Shown piece by piece: positions 12,631 through 27,099 of a stretch of DNA of 64,000 nucleotides. The notes beneath the pieces were generated by a model. The model had not been told where the DNA came from. It saw nothing but the letters and a program-made list of their open reading frames with translations, and searched no databases. Positions within the stretch are counted from its first letter, which is position 1. Every line of letters starts with the position of its first letter. A program made the translations under genes and the position numbers. This DNA comes from Eledone cirrhosa (lineage: Eukaryota). The stretch is from contig OZ024744.1 in NCBI GenBank assembly GCA_964016885.1, forward strand, positions 120,776,001-120,840,000, in the 5' to 3' direction.

Positions 12631-15600
12631 ATAGTATCAGACCTGTGATCTCTCAATTCAGAGATTCTTTCCTGAGAAATTCTAACCTCATGTCTGTAGT
12701 ATCAGAGCTGTGATCTCTCAATTCAGAGATTCTTTCCTGAGACATTCTAACCACATGTCATAGTATCAGAGCTGTGATTTCTCAATTTAGATATTCTTTC
12801 CTGAGATATTCTAACCACATGTCATAATATTAGATCTGTGATATCTCAATTCAGAGATTCTTTCCTGAGATATTCTAACCACATGTCATAGTATCAGAGC
12901 TGTGATCTCTCAATTCAGAGATTCTTTCATGAGACATTCTAACCACATGTCATAGTATCAGAGCTGTGATCTCTCAATTCAGAGATTCTTTCCTGAGACA
13001 TTCTTACCACATGTCATAGTATCAGAGCTGTGATCTCTCAATTCAGAGATTCTTTCCTGAGACATTCTAACCACGTCATAGTATCAGAGCTGTGATATCT
13101 CAATTCAGAGATTCTTTCATGAGACGTTCTAACCACATGTCATAGTATCAGAGCTGTGATCTCTCAATTCAGAGATTCTTTCCTGAGACATTCTAACCAC
13201 ATCTCATTGTATCGGAGCTGTGATCTCTCAATTCAGAGATTCTTTCCTGAGACATTCTAACCACATGTCATAGTATCAGAGCTTTGATCTCTCAATTCAG
13301 AGATTCTTTCCTGAGAAATTCTAACCTCATGTCTGTAGTATCAGAGCTGTGATCTCTCAATTCAGAGATTCTTTCCTGAGACATTCTAACCACATGTCAT
13401 AGTATCAGAGCTGTGATCTCTCAATTTAGATATTCTTTCCTGAAATATTCTAACCACATGTCATAGTATCAGAGCTGTGATCTCTCAATTCAGAGATTCT
13501 TTCCTGAGACATTCTAACCACATGTCATAGAATCAGAGCTGTGATCTCTCAATTCAGAGATTCTTTCCTGAGAACTTCTAACCATATGTCTGTAGTATCA
13601 GAGCTGTGATCTCTCAATTCAGAGATTCTTTCCTGAGACATTCTAACCACATGTCATAGTAGCAGATCTGTGATGGCTCAATTCAGAGATTCTTTCCTCG
13701 GATATTCTAACCACATGTCATAGTATCAGAGCTGTGATCTCTCAATTCAGAGATTCTTTCCTGAGATATTCTAACCACATCTCATAGTATCAGAGCTGTG
13801 ATATCTCAATTCAGAGATTCTTTCCTGAGACATTCTAACCACATGTCATTGAATCAGAGCTGTGATCTCTCAATTCAGAGATTCTTTCCTGAGACATTCT
13901 AACCACATGTCATACTATTAGAGCTGTGATCTCTCAATTCAGAGATTCTTTCCTGAGAAATTCTAACCTCATGTCTGTAGTATCAGAGCTGTAATCTCTC
14001 AATTCAGAGAATCTTTCCTGAGACATTCTAACTCCATGTCCACAGTATCAGAGCTGTGATCTCTCAATTCAGAGATTCTTTCCTGAGACATTCTAACCAC
14101 ATGTCATAGTATCAGTGCTGTGATCTCTCAATATAGAGATTCTTTCCTGAGATATTCTAACCACATGTCATGGTATCAGAGCTGTGATCTCTCAATTCAG
14201 AGATTCTTTCCTGAGACATTCTAACCACATCTCATTATATCGGAGCTGTGATCTCTCAATTCAGAGATTCTTTCCTGAGACATTCTAACCACATGTCGTA
14301 GTATCAGAGCTGTGATCTCTCAATTCAGAGATTCTTTCCTGAGAAATTCTAACCTCATGTCTGTAGTATCAGAGCTGTGATCTCTCAATTCAGAGATTCT
14401 TTCCTGAGACATTCTAACCACATGTCATATTATCAGAGCTGTGATCTCTCAATTTAGATATTCTTTCCTGAAATATTCTAACCACATGTCATATTATTAG
14501 AGCTGTGATCTCTCAATTCAGAGATTCTTTCCTGAGACATTCTAACCCCTTGTCTGTAGTATCAGAGCTGTATGCTCTCAATTCAGAGATTCTTTCCTGA
14601 GACTTTCTAACCACATGTCATTGTATCGGAGCTGTGATCTCTCAATTCAGAGATTCTTTCCTGAGACATTCTAACCACATGTCATAGTATCAGAGCTGTG
14701 ATCTCTCAATTCAGAGATTCTTTCCCCAGACATTCTAAGCACATGTCATAGTAGCAGATCTGTGATGTCTCAATTCAGAGATTCCTTCCTGGGATATTTT
14801 AACCACATGTCATAGTATCAGAGCTGTGATCTCTCAATTCAGAGATTCTTTCCTGAGACATTCTAACCACATCTCATTGTATCGGAGCTGTGATCTCTCA
14901 ATTCAGAGATTCTTTCCTGAGACATTCTAACCACATGTCATAGTATCAGAGCTGTGATCTCTCAATTCAGAGATTCTTTCCTGAGAAATTCTAACCTCAT
15001 GTCCGTAGTATCAGAGCTGTGATCTCTCTATTCAGAGATTCTTTCCTGAGACATTCTAACCACATGTCATATTATCAGAGCTGTGATCTCTCAATTTAGA
15101 TATTCTTTCCTGAAATATTCTAACCACATGTCATAGTATTAGAGCTGTGATCTCTCAATTCAGAGATTCTTTCCTGAGACATTCTAACCCCTTGTCTGTA
15201 GTATCAGAGCTGTATGCTCTCAATTCAGAGATTCTTTCCTGAGACTTTCTAACCACATGTCATTGTATCGGAGCTGTGATCTCTCAATTCAGAGATTCTT
15301 TCCTGAGACATTCTAACCACATGTCATAGTATCAGAGCTGTGATCTCTCAATTCAGAGATTCTTTCCCCAGACATTCTAAGCACATGTCATAGTATCAGA
15401 CCTGTGATCTCTCAATTCAGAGATTCTTTCCTGAGAAATTCTAACCTCATGTCTGTAGTATCAGAGCTGTGATCTCTCAATTCAGAGATTCTTTCCTGAG
15501 ACATTCTAACCACATGTCATAGTATCAGAGCTGTGATTTCTCAATTTAGATATTCTTTCCTGAGATATTCTAACCACATGTCATAATATTAGATCTGTGA

Positions 15601-17425
15601 TATCTCAATTCAGAGATTCTTTCCTGAGATATTCTAACCACATGTCATAGTATCAGAGCTGTGATCTCTCAATTCAGAGATTCTTTCATGAGACATTCTA
15701 ACCACATGTCATAGTATCAGAGCTGTGATCTCTCAATTCAGAGATTCTTTCCTGAGACATTCTTACCACATGTCATAGTATCAGAGCTGTGATCTCTCAA
15801 TTCAGAGATTCTTTCCTGAGACATTCTAACCACGTCATAGTATCAGAGCTGTGATATCTCAATTCAGAGATTCTTTCATGAGACGTTCTAACCACATGTC
15901 ATAGTATCAGAGCTGTGATCTCTCAATTCAGAGATTCTTTCCTGAGACATTCTAACCACATCTCATTGTATCGGAGCTGTGATCTCTCAATTCAGAGATT
16001 CTTTCCTGAGACATTCTAACCACATGTCATAGTATCAGAGCTTTGATCTCTCAATTCAGAGATTCTTTCCTGAGAAATTCTAACCTCATGTCTGTAGTAT
16101 CAGAGCTGTGATCTCTCAATTCAGAGATTCTTTCCTGAGACATTCTAACCACATGTCATAGTATCAGAGCTGTGATCTCTCAATTTAGATATTCTTTCCT
16201 GAAATATTCTAACCACATGTCATAGTATCAGAGCTGTGATCTCTCAATTCAGAGATTCTTTCCTGAGACATTCTAACCACATGTCATAGAATCAGAGCTG
16301 TGATCTCTCAATTCAGAGATTCTTTCCTGAGAACTTCTAACCATATGTCTGTAGTATCAGAGCTGTGATCTCTCAATTCAGAGATTCTTTCCTGAGACAT
16401 TCTAACCACATGTCATAGTAGCAGATCTGTGATGGCTCAATTCAGAGATTCTTTCCTCGGATATTCTAACCACATGTCATAGTATCAGAGCTGTGATCTC
16501 TCAATTCAGAGATTCTTTCCTGAGATATTCTAACCACATCTCATAGTATCAGAGCTGTGATATCTCAATTCAGAGATTCTTTCCTGAGACATTCTAACCA
16601 CATGTCATTGAATCAGAGCTGTGATCTCTCAATTCAGAGATTCTTTCCTGAGACATTCTAACCACATGTCATACTATTAGAGCTGTGATCTCTCAATTCA
16701 GAGATTCTTTCCTGAGAAATTCTAACCTCATGTCTGTAGTATCAGAGCTGTAATCTCTCAATTCAGAGAATCTTTCCTGAGACATTCTAACTCCATGTCC
16801 ACAGTATCAGAGCTGTGATCTCTCAATTCAGAGATTCTTTCCTGAGACATTCTAACCACATGTCATAGTATCAGTGCTGTGATCTCTCAATATAGAGATT
16901 CTTTCCTGAGATATTCTAACCACATGTCATGGTATCAGAGCTGTGATCTCTCAATTCAGAGATTCTTTCCTGAGACATTCTAACCACATCTCATTATATC
17001 GGAGCTGTGATCTCTCAATTCAGAGATTCTTTCCTGAGACATTCTAACCACATGTCGTAGTATCAGAGCTGTGATCTCTCAATTCAGAGATTCTTTCCTG
17101 AGAAATTCTAACCTCATGTCTGTAGTATCAGAGCTGTGATCTCTCAATTCAGAGATTCTTTCCTGAGACATTCTAACCACATGTCATATTATCAGAGCTG
17201 TGATCTCTCAATTTAGATATTCTTTCCTGAAATATTCTAACCACATGTCATATTATTAGAGCTGTGATCTCTCAATTCAGAGATTCTTTCCTGAGACATT
17301 CTAACCCCTTGTCTGTAGTATCAGAGCTGTATGCTCTCAATTCAGAGATTCTTTCCTGAGACTTTCTAACCACATGTCATTGTATCGGAGCTGTGATCTC
17401 TCAATTCAGAGATTCTTTCCTGAGA
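11600..17425. repeat. Near-perfect tandem duplication, unit 2759 bp (43 monomers), ~2 copies
   Basis: TTTCCCCAGAC at 11962/14721 and GATGGCTCA at 13672/16431, offset 2759; the copies diverge near 17426. Confidence 0.92.
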
Positions 17426-20400
17426 TATTCTAACAACATGTCATAATATCAGAGCTATGATCTCTCAATTCAGAGATTCTTTCCTGAGACATTCTAACCA
17501 CATGTCTGTAGTATCAGAGCTGTGATGTCTCAATTCAGAGATTCTTTCCTGATACATTCTAACCACATGTCATAGTATCAGAGCTGTGATCTCTCAATTC
17601 AGAGATTCTTTACTGAGACATTCTAACCACGTCATAGTATCAGAGCTGTGATATCTCAATTCAAAGATTCTTTCCTTAGACATTCTAACCACATGTCATA
17701 TTATCAGAGCTGTGATTTCTCAATTTAGATATTCTTTCCTGAGATATTCTAACCACATGTCATAATATTAGAGCTGTGATATCTCAATTCAGAGATTCTT
17801 TCCTGAGATATTCTAACCACATGTCATAGTATCAGAGCTGTGATCTCTCAATTCAGAGATTCTTTCATGAGACATTCTAACCACATGTCATAGTATCAGA
17901 GCTGTGATCTCTCAATTCAGAGATTCTTTCCTGAGACATTCTTACCATATGTCATAGTATCAGAGCTGTGATCTCTTAATTCAGAGATTCTTTCCTGAGA
18001 CATTCTAACAACGTCATAGTATCAGAGCTGTGATATCTCAATACAGAGATTCTTTCATGAGACATTCTAACCACATGTCATAGTATCAGAGCTGTGATCT
18101 CTCAATTCAGAGATTCTTTCCTGAGACATTCTAACCACATCTCATTGTATCGGAGCTGTGATCTCTCAATTCAGAGATTCTTTCCTGAGACATTCTAACC
18201 ACATGTCATAGTATCAGAGCTGTGATCTCTCAATTCAGAGATTCTTTCCTGAGAAATTCTAACCTCATGTCTGTAGTATCAGAGCTGTGATCTCTCAATT
18301 CAGAGATTCTTTCCTGAGACATTCTAACCACATGTCATAGTATCAGAGCTGTGATCTCTCAATTTAGATATTCTTTCCTGAAATATTCTAACCACATGTC
18401 ATAGTATTAGAGCTGTGATCTCTCAATTCAGAGATTCTTTCCTGAGACATTCTAACCACATCTCATAGTATCAGAGCTGTGATATCTCAATTCAGAGATT
18501 CTTTCCTGAGACATTCTAACCACATGTCATTGAATCAGAGCTGTGATCTCTCAATTCAGAGATTCTTTCCTGAGACATTCTAACCACATGTCATACTATT
18601 AGAGCTGTGATCTCTCAATTCAGAGATTCTTTCCTGAGAAATTCTAACCTCATGTCTGTCGTATCAGAGCTGTAATCTCTCAATTCAGAGAATCTTTCCT
18701 GAGACATTCTAACTCCATGTCCACAGTATCAGAGCTGTGATCTCTCAATTCAGAGATTCTTTCCTGAGACATTCTAACCACATGTCATAGTATCAGTTCT
18801 GTGATCTCTCAATATAGAGATTCTTTCCTGAGATATTCTAACCACATGTCATGGTATCAGAGCTGTGATCTCTCAATTCAGAGATTCTTTCCTGAGACAT
18901 TCTAACCACATCTCATTATATCGGAGCTGTGATCTCTCAATTCAGAGATTCTTTCCTGAGACATTCTAACCACATGTCGTAGTATCAGAGCTGTGATCTC
19001 TCAATTCAGAGATTCTTTCCTGAGAAATTCTAACCTCATGTCTGTAGTATCAGAGCTGTGATCTCTCAATTCAGAGATTCTTTCCTGAGACATTCTAACC
19101 ACATGTCATATTATCAGAGCTGTGATCTCTCAATTTAGATATTCTTTCCTGAAATATTCTAACCACATGTCATAGTATTAGAGCTGTGATCTCTCAATTC
19201 AGAGATTCTTTCCTGAGACATTCTAAACCCTTGTCTGTTGTATCAGAGCTGTATGCTCTCAATTCAGAGATTCTTTCCTGAGACTTTCTAACCACATGTC
19301 ATTGTATCGGAGCTGTGATCTCTCAATTCAGAGATTCTTTCCTGAGATATTCTAACAACATGTCATAATATCAGAGCTATGATCTCTCAATTCAGAGATT
19401 CTTTCCTGAGACATTCTAACCACATGTCTGTAGTGTCAGAGCTGTGATGTCTCAATTCAGAGATTCTTTCCTGATACATTCTAACCACATGTCATAGTAT
19501 CAGAGCTGTGATCTCTCAATTCAGAGATTCTTTACTGAGACATTCTAACCACGTCATAGTATCAGAGCTGTGATATCTCAATTCAAAGATTCTTTCCTGA
19601 GACATTCTAACCACATGTCATATTATCAGAGCTGTGATTTCTAAATTTAGATATTCTTTCCTGAGATATTCTAACCACATGTCATAATATTAGAGCTGTG
19701 ATATCTCAATTCAGAGATTCTTTCCTGAGATATTCTAACCACATGTCATAGTATCAGAGCTGTGATCTCTCAATTCAGAGATTCTTTCATGAGACATTCT
19801 AACCACATGTCATAGTATCAGAGCTGTGATCTCTCAATTCAGAGATTCTTTCCTGAGACATTCTTACCACATGTCATAGTATCAGAGCTGTGATCTCTCA
19901 ATTCAGAGATTCTTTCCTGAGACATTCTAACCACGTCATAGTATCAGAGCTGTGATATCTCAATACAGAGATTCTTTCATGAGACATTCTAACCACATGT
20001 CATAGTATCAGAGCTGTGATCTCTCAATTCAGAGATTCTTTCCTGAGACATTCTAACCACATCTCATTGTATCGGAGCTGTGATCTCTCAATTCAGAGAT
20101 TCTTTCCTGAGACATTCTAACCACATGTCATAGTATCAGAGCTGTGATCTCTCAATTCAGAGATTCTTTCCTGAGAAATTCTAACCTCATGTCTGTAGTA
20201 TCAGAGCTGTGATCTCTCAATTCAGAGATTCTTTCCTGAGACATTCTAACCACATGTCATAGTATCAGAGCTGTGATCTCTCAATTTAGATATTCTTTCC
20301 TGAAATATTCTAACCACATGTCATAGTATTAGAGCTGTGATCTCTCAATTCAGAGATTCTTTCCTGAGACATTCTAACCACATCTCATAGTATCAGAGCT

Positions 20401-20530
20401 GTGATATCTCAATTCAGAGATTCTTTCCTGAGACATTCTAACCACATGTCATTGAATCAGAGCTGTGATCTCTCAATTCAGAGATTCTTTCCTGAGACAT
20501 TCTAACCACATGTCATACTATTAGAGCTGT
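17100..20530. repeat. Duplication, offset 1922 bp (30 monomers)
   Basis: The ATACAGAG variant at 18041/19963 and the flanking variant order (CTTACC, ATCTCATTGTATCGG, TTGAATC, TACTATT) repeat. Confidence 0.8.
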
Positions 20531-23500
20531 GATGTCTCAATTCAGAGATTCTTTCCTGAGATATTCTAACAACATGTCATAATATCAGAGCTATGATCTC
20601 TCAATTCAGAGATTCTTTCCTGAGACATTCTAACCACATGTCTGTAGTGTCAGAGCTGTGATGTCTCAATTCAGAGATTCTTTCCTGATACATTCTAACC
20701 ACATGTCATAGTATCAGAGCTGTGATCTCTCAATTTAGATATTCTTTCCTGAAATATTCTAACCACATGTCATAGTATTAGAGCTGTGATCTCTCAATTC
20801 AGAGATTCTTTCCTGAGACATTCTAAACCCTTGTCTGTTGTATCAGAGCTGTATGCTCTCAATTCAGAGAATCTTTCCTGAGACATTCTAACTCCATGTC
20901 CACAGTATCAGAGCTGTGATCTCTCAATTCAGAGATTCTTTCCTGAGACATTCTAACCACATGTCATAGTATCAGTTCTGTGATCTCTCAATATAGTGAT
21001 TCTTTCCTGAGATATTCTAACCACATGTCATGGTATCAGAGCTGTGATCTCTCAATTCAGAGATTCTTTCCTTAGACATTCTAACCACATCTCATTATAT
21101 CGGAGCTGTGATCTCTCAATTCAGAGATTCTTTCCTGAGACATTCTAACCACATGTCGTAGTATCAGAGCTGTGATCTCTCAATTCAGAGATTCTTTCCT
21201 GAGAAATTCTAACCTCATGTCTGTAGTATCAGAGCTGTGATCTCTCAATTCAGAGATTCTTCTCCTGAGACATTCTAACCACATGTCATATTATCAGAGC
21301 TGTGATCTCTCAATTTAGATATTCTTTCCTGAAATATTCTAACCACATGTCATAGTATTAGAGCTGTGATCTCTCAATTCAGAGATTCTTTCCTGAGACA
21401 TTCTAAACCCTTGTCTGTTGTATCAGAGCTGTATGCTCTCAATTCAGAGATTCTTTCCTGAGACTTTCTAACCACATGTCATTGTATCGGAGCTGTGATC
21501 TCTCAATTCAGAGATTCTTTCCTGAGATATTCTAACAACATGTCATAATATCAGAGCTATGATCTCTCAATTCAGAGATTCTTTCCTGAGACATTCTAAC
21601 CACATGTCTGTAGTGTCAGAGCTGTGATGTCTCAATTCAGAGATTCTTTCCTGATACATTCTAACCACATGTCATAGTATCAGAGCTGTGATCTCTCAAT
21701 TCAGAGATTCTTTACTGAGACATTCTAACCACGTCATAGTATCAGAGCTGTGATATCTCAATTCAAAGATTCTTTCCTGAGACATTCTAACCACATGTCA
21801 TATTATCAGAGCTGTGATTTCTAAATTTAGATATTCTTTCCTGAGATATTCTAACCACATGTCATAATATTAGAGCTGTGATATCTCAATTCAGAGATTC
21901 TTTCCTGAGATATTCTAACCACATGTCATAGTATCAGAGCTGTGATCTCTCAATTCAGAGATTCTTTCATGAGACATTCTAACCACATGTCATAGTATCA
22001 GAGCTGTGATCTCTCAATTCAGAGATTCTTTCCTGAGACATTCTAACCACATCTCATTGTATCGGAGCTGTGATCTCTCAATTCAGAGATTCTTTCCTGA
22101 GACATTCTTACCACATGTCATAGTATCAGAGCTGTGATCTCTCAATTCAGAGATTCTTTCCTGAGACATTCTAACCACGTCATAGTATCAGAGCTGTGAT
22201 ATCTCAATACAGAGATTCTTTCATGAGACATTCTAACCACATGTCATAGTATCAGAGCTGTGATCTCTCAATTCAGAGATTCTTTCCTGAGACATTCTAA
22301 CCACATCTCATTGTATCGGAGCTGTGATCTCTCAATTCAGAGATTCTTTCCTGAGACATTCTAACCACATGTCATAGTATCAGAGCTGTGATCTCTCAAT
22401 TCAGAGATTCTTTCCTGAGAAATTCTAACCTCATGTCTGTAGTATCAGAGCTGTGATCTCTCAATTCAGAGATTCTTTCCTGAGACATTCTAACCACATG
22501 TCATAGTATCAGAGCTGTGATCTCTCAATTTAGATATTCTTTCCTGAAATATTCTAACCACATGTCATAGTATTAGAGCTGTGATCTCTCAATTCAGAGA
22601 TTCTTTCCTGAGACATTCTAACCCCTTGTCTGTAGTATCAGAGCTGTATGCTCTCAATTCAGAGATTCTTTCCTGAGACTTTCTAACCACATGTCATTGT
22701 ATCGGAGCTGTGATCTCGCAATTCAGAGATTCTTTCCTGAGACATTCTAACCACATGTCATAGTATCAGAGCTGTGATCTCTCAATTCAGAGATTCTTTC
22801 CTCAGACATTCTAAGCACATGTCATAGTATCAGACCTGTGATCTCTCAATTCAGAGATTCTTTCCTGGGATATTCTAACCACATGTCATAGTATCAGAGC
22901 TGTGATCTCTCAATTCAGAGATTCTTTCCTGAGACATTCTAACCACATCTCATAGTATCAGAGCTGTGATATCTCAATTCAGAGATTCTTTCCTGAGACA
23001 TTCTAACCACATGTCATTGAATCAGAGCTGTGATCTCTCAATTCAGAGATTCTTTCCTGAGACATTCTAACCACATGTCATAGTATTAGAGCTGTGATCT
23101 CTCAATTCAGAGATTCTTTCCTGAGAAATTCTAACCTCATGTCTGTAGTATCAGAGCTGTAATCTCTCAATTCAGAGAATCTTTCCTGAGACATTCTAAC
23201 TCCATGTCCACAGTATCAGAGCTGTGATCTCTCAATTCAGAGATTCTTTCCTGAGACATTCTAACCACATGTCATAGTATCAGTGCTGTGATCTCTCAAT
23301 ATAGAGATTCTTTCCTGAGATATTCTAACCACATGTCATGGTATCAGAGCTGTGATCTCTCAATTCAGAGATTCTTTCCTGAGACATTCTAACCACATCA
23401 CATTATATCGGAGCTGTGATCTCTCAATTCAGAGATTCTTTCCTGAGACATTCTAACCACATGTCGTAGTATCAGAGCTGTGATCTCTCAATTCAGAGAT

Positions 23501-26500
23501 TCTTTCCTGAGAAATTCTAACCTCATGTCTGTAGTATCAGAGCTGTGATCTCTCAATTCAGAGATTCTTTCCTGAGACATTCTAACCACATGTCATATTA
23601 TCAGAGCTGTGATCTCTCAATTTAGATATTCTTTCCTGAAATATTCTAACCACATGTCATAGTATTAGAGCTGTGATCTCTCAATTTAGAGATTCTTTCC
23701 TGAGACATTCTAACCCCTTGTCTGTAGTATCAGAGCTGTATGCTCTCAATTCAGAGATTCTTTCCTGAGACTTTCTAACCACATGTCATTGTATCGGAGC
23801 TGTGATCTCTCAATTCAGAGATTCTTTCCTGAGATATTCTAACAACATGTCATAATATCAGATCTATGATCTCTCAATTCAGAGATTCTTTCCTGAGACA
23901 TTCTAACCACATGTCTGTAGTATCAGAGCTGTGATGTCTCAATTCAGAGATTCTTTCCTGATACATTCTAACCACATGTCATAGTATCAGAGCTGTGATC
24001 TCTCAATTCAGAGATTCTTTACTGAGACATTCTAACCACGTCATAGTATCAGAGCTGTGATATCTCAATTCAAAGATTCTTTCCTGAGACATTCTAACCA
24101 CATGTCATATTATCAGAGCTGTGATTTCTCAATTTAGATATTCTTTCCTGAGATATTCTAACCACATGTCATAATATTAGAGCTGTGATATCTCAATTCA
24201 GAGATTCTTTCCTGAGATATTCTAACCACATGTCATAGTATCAGAGCTGTGATCTCTCAATTCAGAGATTCTTTCATGAGACATTCTAACCACATGTCAT
24301 AGTATCAGAGCTGTGATCTCTCAATTCAGAGATTCTTTCCTGAGACATTCTAACCACATCTCATTGTATCGGAGCTGTGATCTCTCAATTCAGAGATTCT
24401 TTCCTGAGACATTCTAACCACATGTCATAGTATCAGAGCTGTGATCTCTCAATTCAGAGATTCTTTCCTGAGAAATTCTAACCTCATGTCTGTAGTATCA
24501 GAGCTGTGATCTCTCAATTCAGAGATTATTTCCTGAGACATTCTAACCACATGTCATAGTATCAGAGCTGTGATCTCTCAATTTAGATATTCTTTCCTGA
24601 AATATTCTAACCACATGTCATAGTATTAGAGCTGTGATCTCTCAATTCAGAGATTCTTTCCTGATACATTCTAACCCCTTGTCTGTAGTATCAGAGCTGT
24701 ATGCTCTCAATTCAGAGATTCTTTCCTGAGACTTTCTAACCACATGTCATTGTATCGGAGCTGTGATCTCTCAATTCAGAGATTCTTTCCTCAGACATTC
24801 TAAGCACATGTCATAGTATCAGACCTGTGATCTCTCAATTCAGAGATTCTTTCCTGAGAAATTCTAACCTCATGTCTGTAGTATCAGAGCTGTGATCTCT
24901 CAATTCAGAGATTCTTTCCTGAGACATTCTAACTCCATGTCCACAGTATCAGAGCTGTGATCTCTCAATTCAGAGATTCTTTCCTGAGATATTCTAACAA
25001 CATGTCATAATATCAGAGCTATGATCTCTCAATTCAGAGATTCTTTCCTGTGACATTCTAACCACATGTCTGTAGTATCAGAGCTGTGATGTCTCAATTC
25101 AGAGATTCTTTCCTGATACATTCTAACCACATGTCATAGTATCAGGGCTGTGATCTCTCAATTCAGAGATTCTTTACGGAGACATTCTAACCACGTCATA
25201 GTAACAGAGCTGTGATATCTCAATTCAAAGATTCTTTCCTGAGACATTCTAACCACATGTCATAGTATCAGAGCTGTGATTTCTCAATTTAGATATTCTT
25301 TCCTGAGATATTCTAACCACATGTCATAATATTAGAGCTGTGATATCTCAATTCAGAGATTCTTTCCTGAGATATTCTAACCACATGTCATAGTATCAGA
25401 GCTGTGATCTCTCAATTCAGAGATTCTTTCATGAGACATTCTAACCACATGTCATAGTATCAGAGCTGTGATCTCTCAATTCAGAGATTATTTGCTGAGA
25501 CATTCTAACCACATGTCATAGAATCAGAGCTGTGATCTCTCAATTCAGAGATTCTTTCCTGAGAACTTCTAACCACATGTCTGTAGTATCAGAGCTGTGA
25601 TCTCTCAATTCAGAGATTCTTTCCTGAGACATTCTAACCACATCTCATAGTATCAGAACTGTGATATCTCAATTCAGAGATTCTTTCCTGAGACATTCTA
25701 ACCACATGTCATTGAATCAGAGCTGTGATCTCTCAATTCAGAGATTCTTTCCTGAGACATTCTAACCACATGTCATAGTATTAGAGCTGTGATCTCTCAA
25801 TTCAGAGATTCTTTCCTGAGAAATTCTAACCTCATGTCTGTAGTATCAGAGCTGTAATCTCTCAATTCAGAGAATCTTTCCTGAGACATTCTAACCACAT
25901 GTCATAGTATCAGAGCTGTGATCTCTCGATTCAGAGATTCTTTCCTCAGACATTCTAAGCACATGTCATAGTATCAGACCTGTGATCTCTCAATTCAGAG
26001 ATTCTTTCCTGAGAAATTCTAACCTCATGTCTGTAGTATCAGAGCTGTGATCTCTCAATTCAGAGATTCTTTCCTGATACATTCTAACCACATGTCATAG
26101 TATCAGAGCTGTGATCTCTCAATTAAGAGATTCTTTACTGAGACATTCTAACCACGTCATAGTATCAGAGCTGTGATATCTCAATTCAAAGATTCTTTCC
26201 TGAGACATTCTAACCACATGTCATATTATCAGAGCTGTGATTTCTCAATTTAGATATTCTTTCCTGAGATATTCTAACCACATGTCATAATATTAGAGCT
26301 GTGATATCTCAATTCAGAGATTCTTTCCTGAGATATTCTAACCACATGTCATAGTATCAGAGCTGTGATCTCTCAATTCAGAGATTCTTTCATGAGACAT
26401 TCTAACCACATGTCATAGTATCAGAGCTGTGATCTCTCAATTCAGAGATTCTTTCCTGAGACATTCTTACCACATGTCATAGTATCAGAGCTGTGATCTC

Positions 26501-27099
26501 TCAATTCAGAGATTCTTTCCTGAGACATTCTAACCACGTCATAGTATCAGAGCTGTGATATCTCAATACAGAGATTCTTTCATGAGACATTCTAACCACA
26601 TGTCATAGTATCAGAGCTGTGATCTCTCAATTCAGAGATTCTTTCCTGAGACATTCTAACCACATCTCATTGTATCGGAGCTGTGATCTCTCAATTCAGA
26701 GATTCTTTCCTGAGACATTCTAACCACATGTCATAGTATCAGAGCTGTGATCTCTCAATTCAGAGATTCTTTCCTGAGAAATTCTAACCTCATGTCTGTA
26801 GTATCAGAGCCGTGATCTCTCAATTCAGAGATTCTTTCCTGAGACATTCTAACCACATGTCATAGTATCAGAGCTGTGATCTCTCAATTTAGATATTCTT
26901 TCCTGAAATATTCTAACCACATGTCATAGTATTAGAGCTGTGATCTCTCAATTCAGAGATTCTTTCCTGAGACATTCTAACCCCTTGTCTGTAGTATCAG
27001 AGCTGTATGCTCTCAATTCAGAGATTCTTTCCTGAGACTTTCTAACCACATGTCATTGTATCGGAGCTGTGATCTCTCAATTCAGAGATTCTTTCCTCA

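Noticed and set aside
21255-21270. Singleton 1-bp insertion (TTCTTCTCCTG); similarly a 2-bp AT insertion near 28945
   Set aside because: Each is seen once and cannot be distinguished from slippage or a consensus error.
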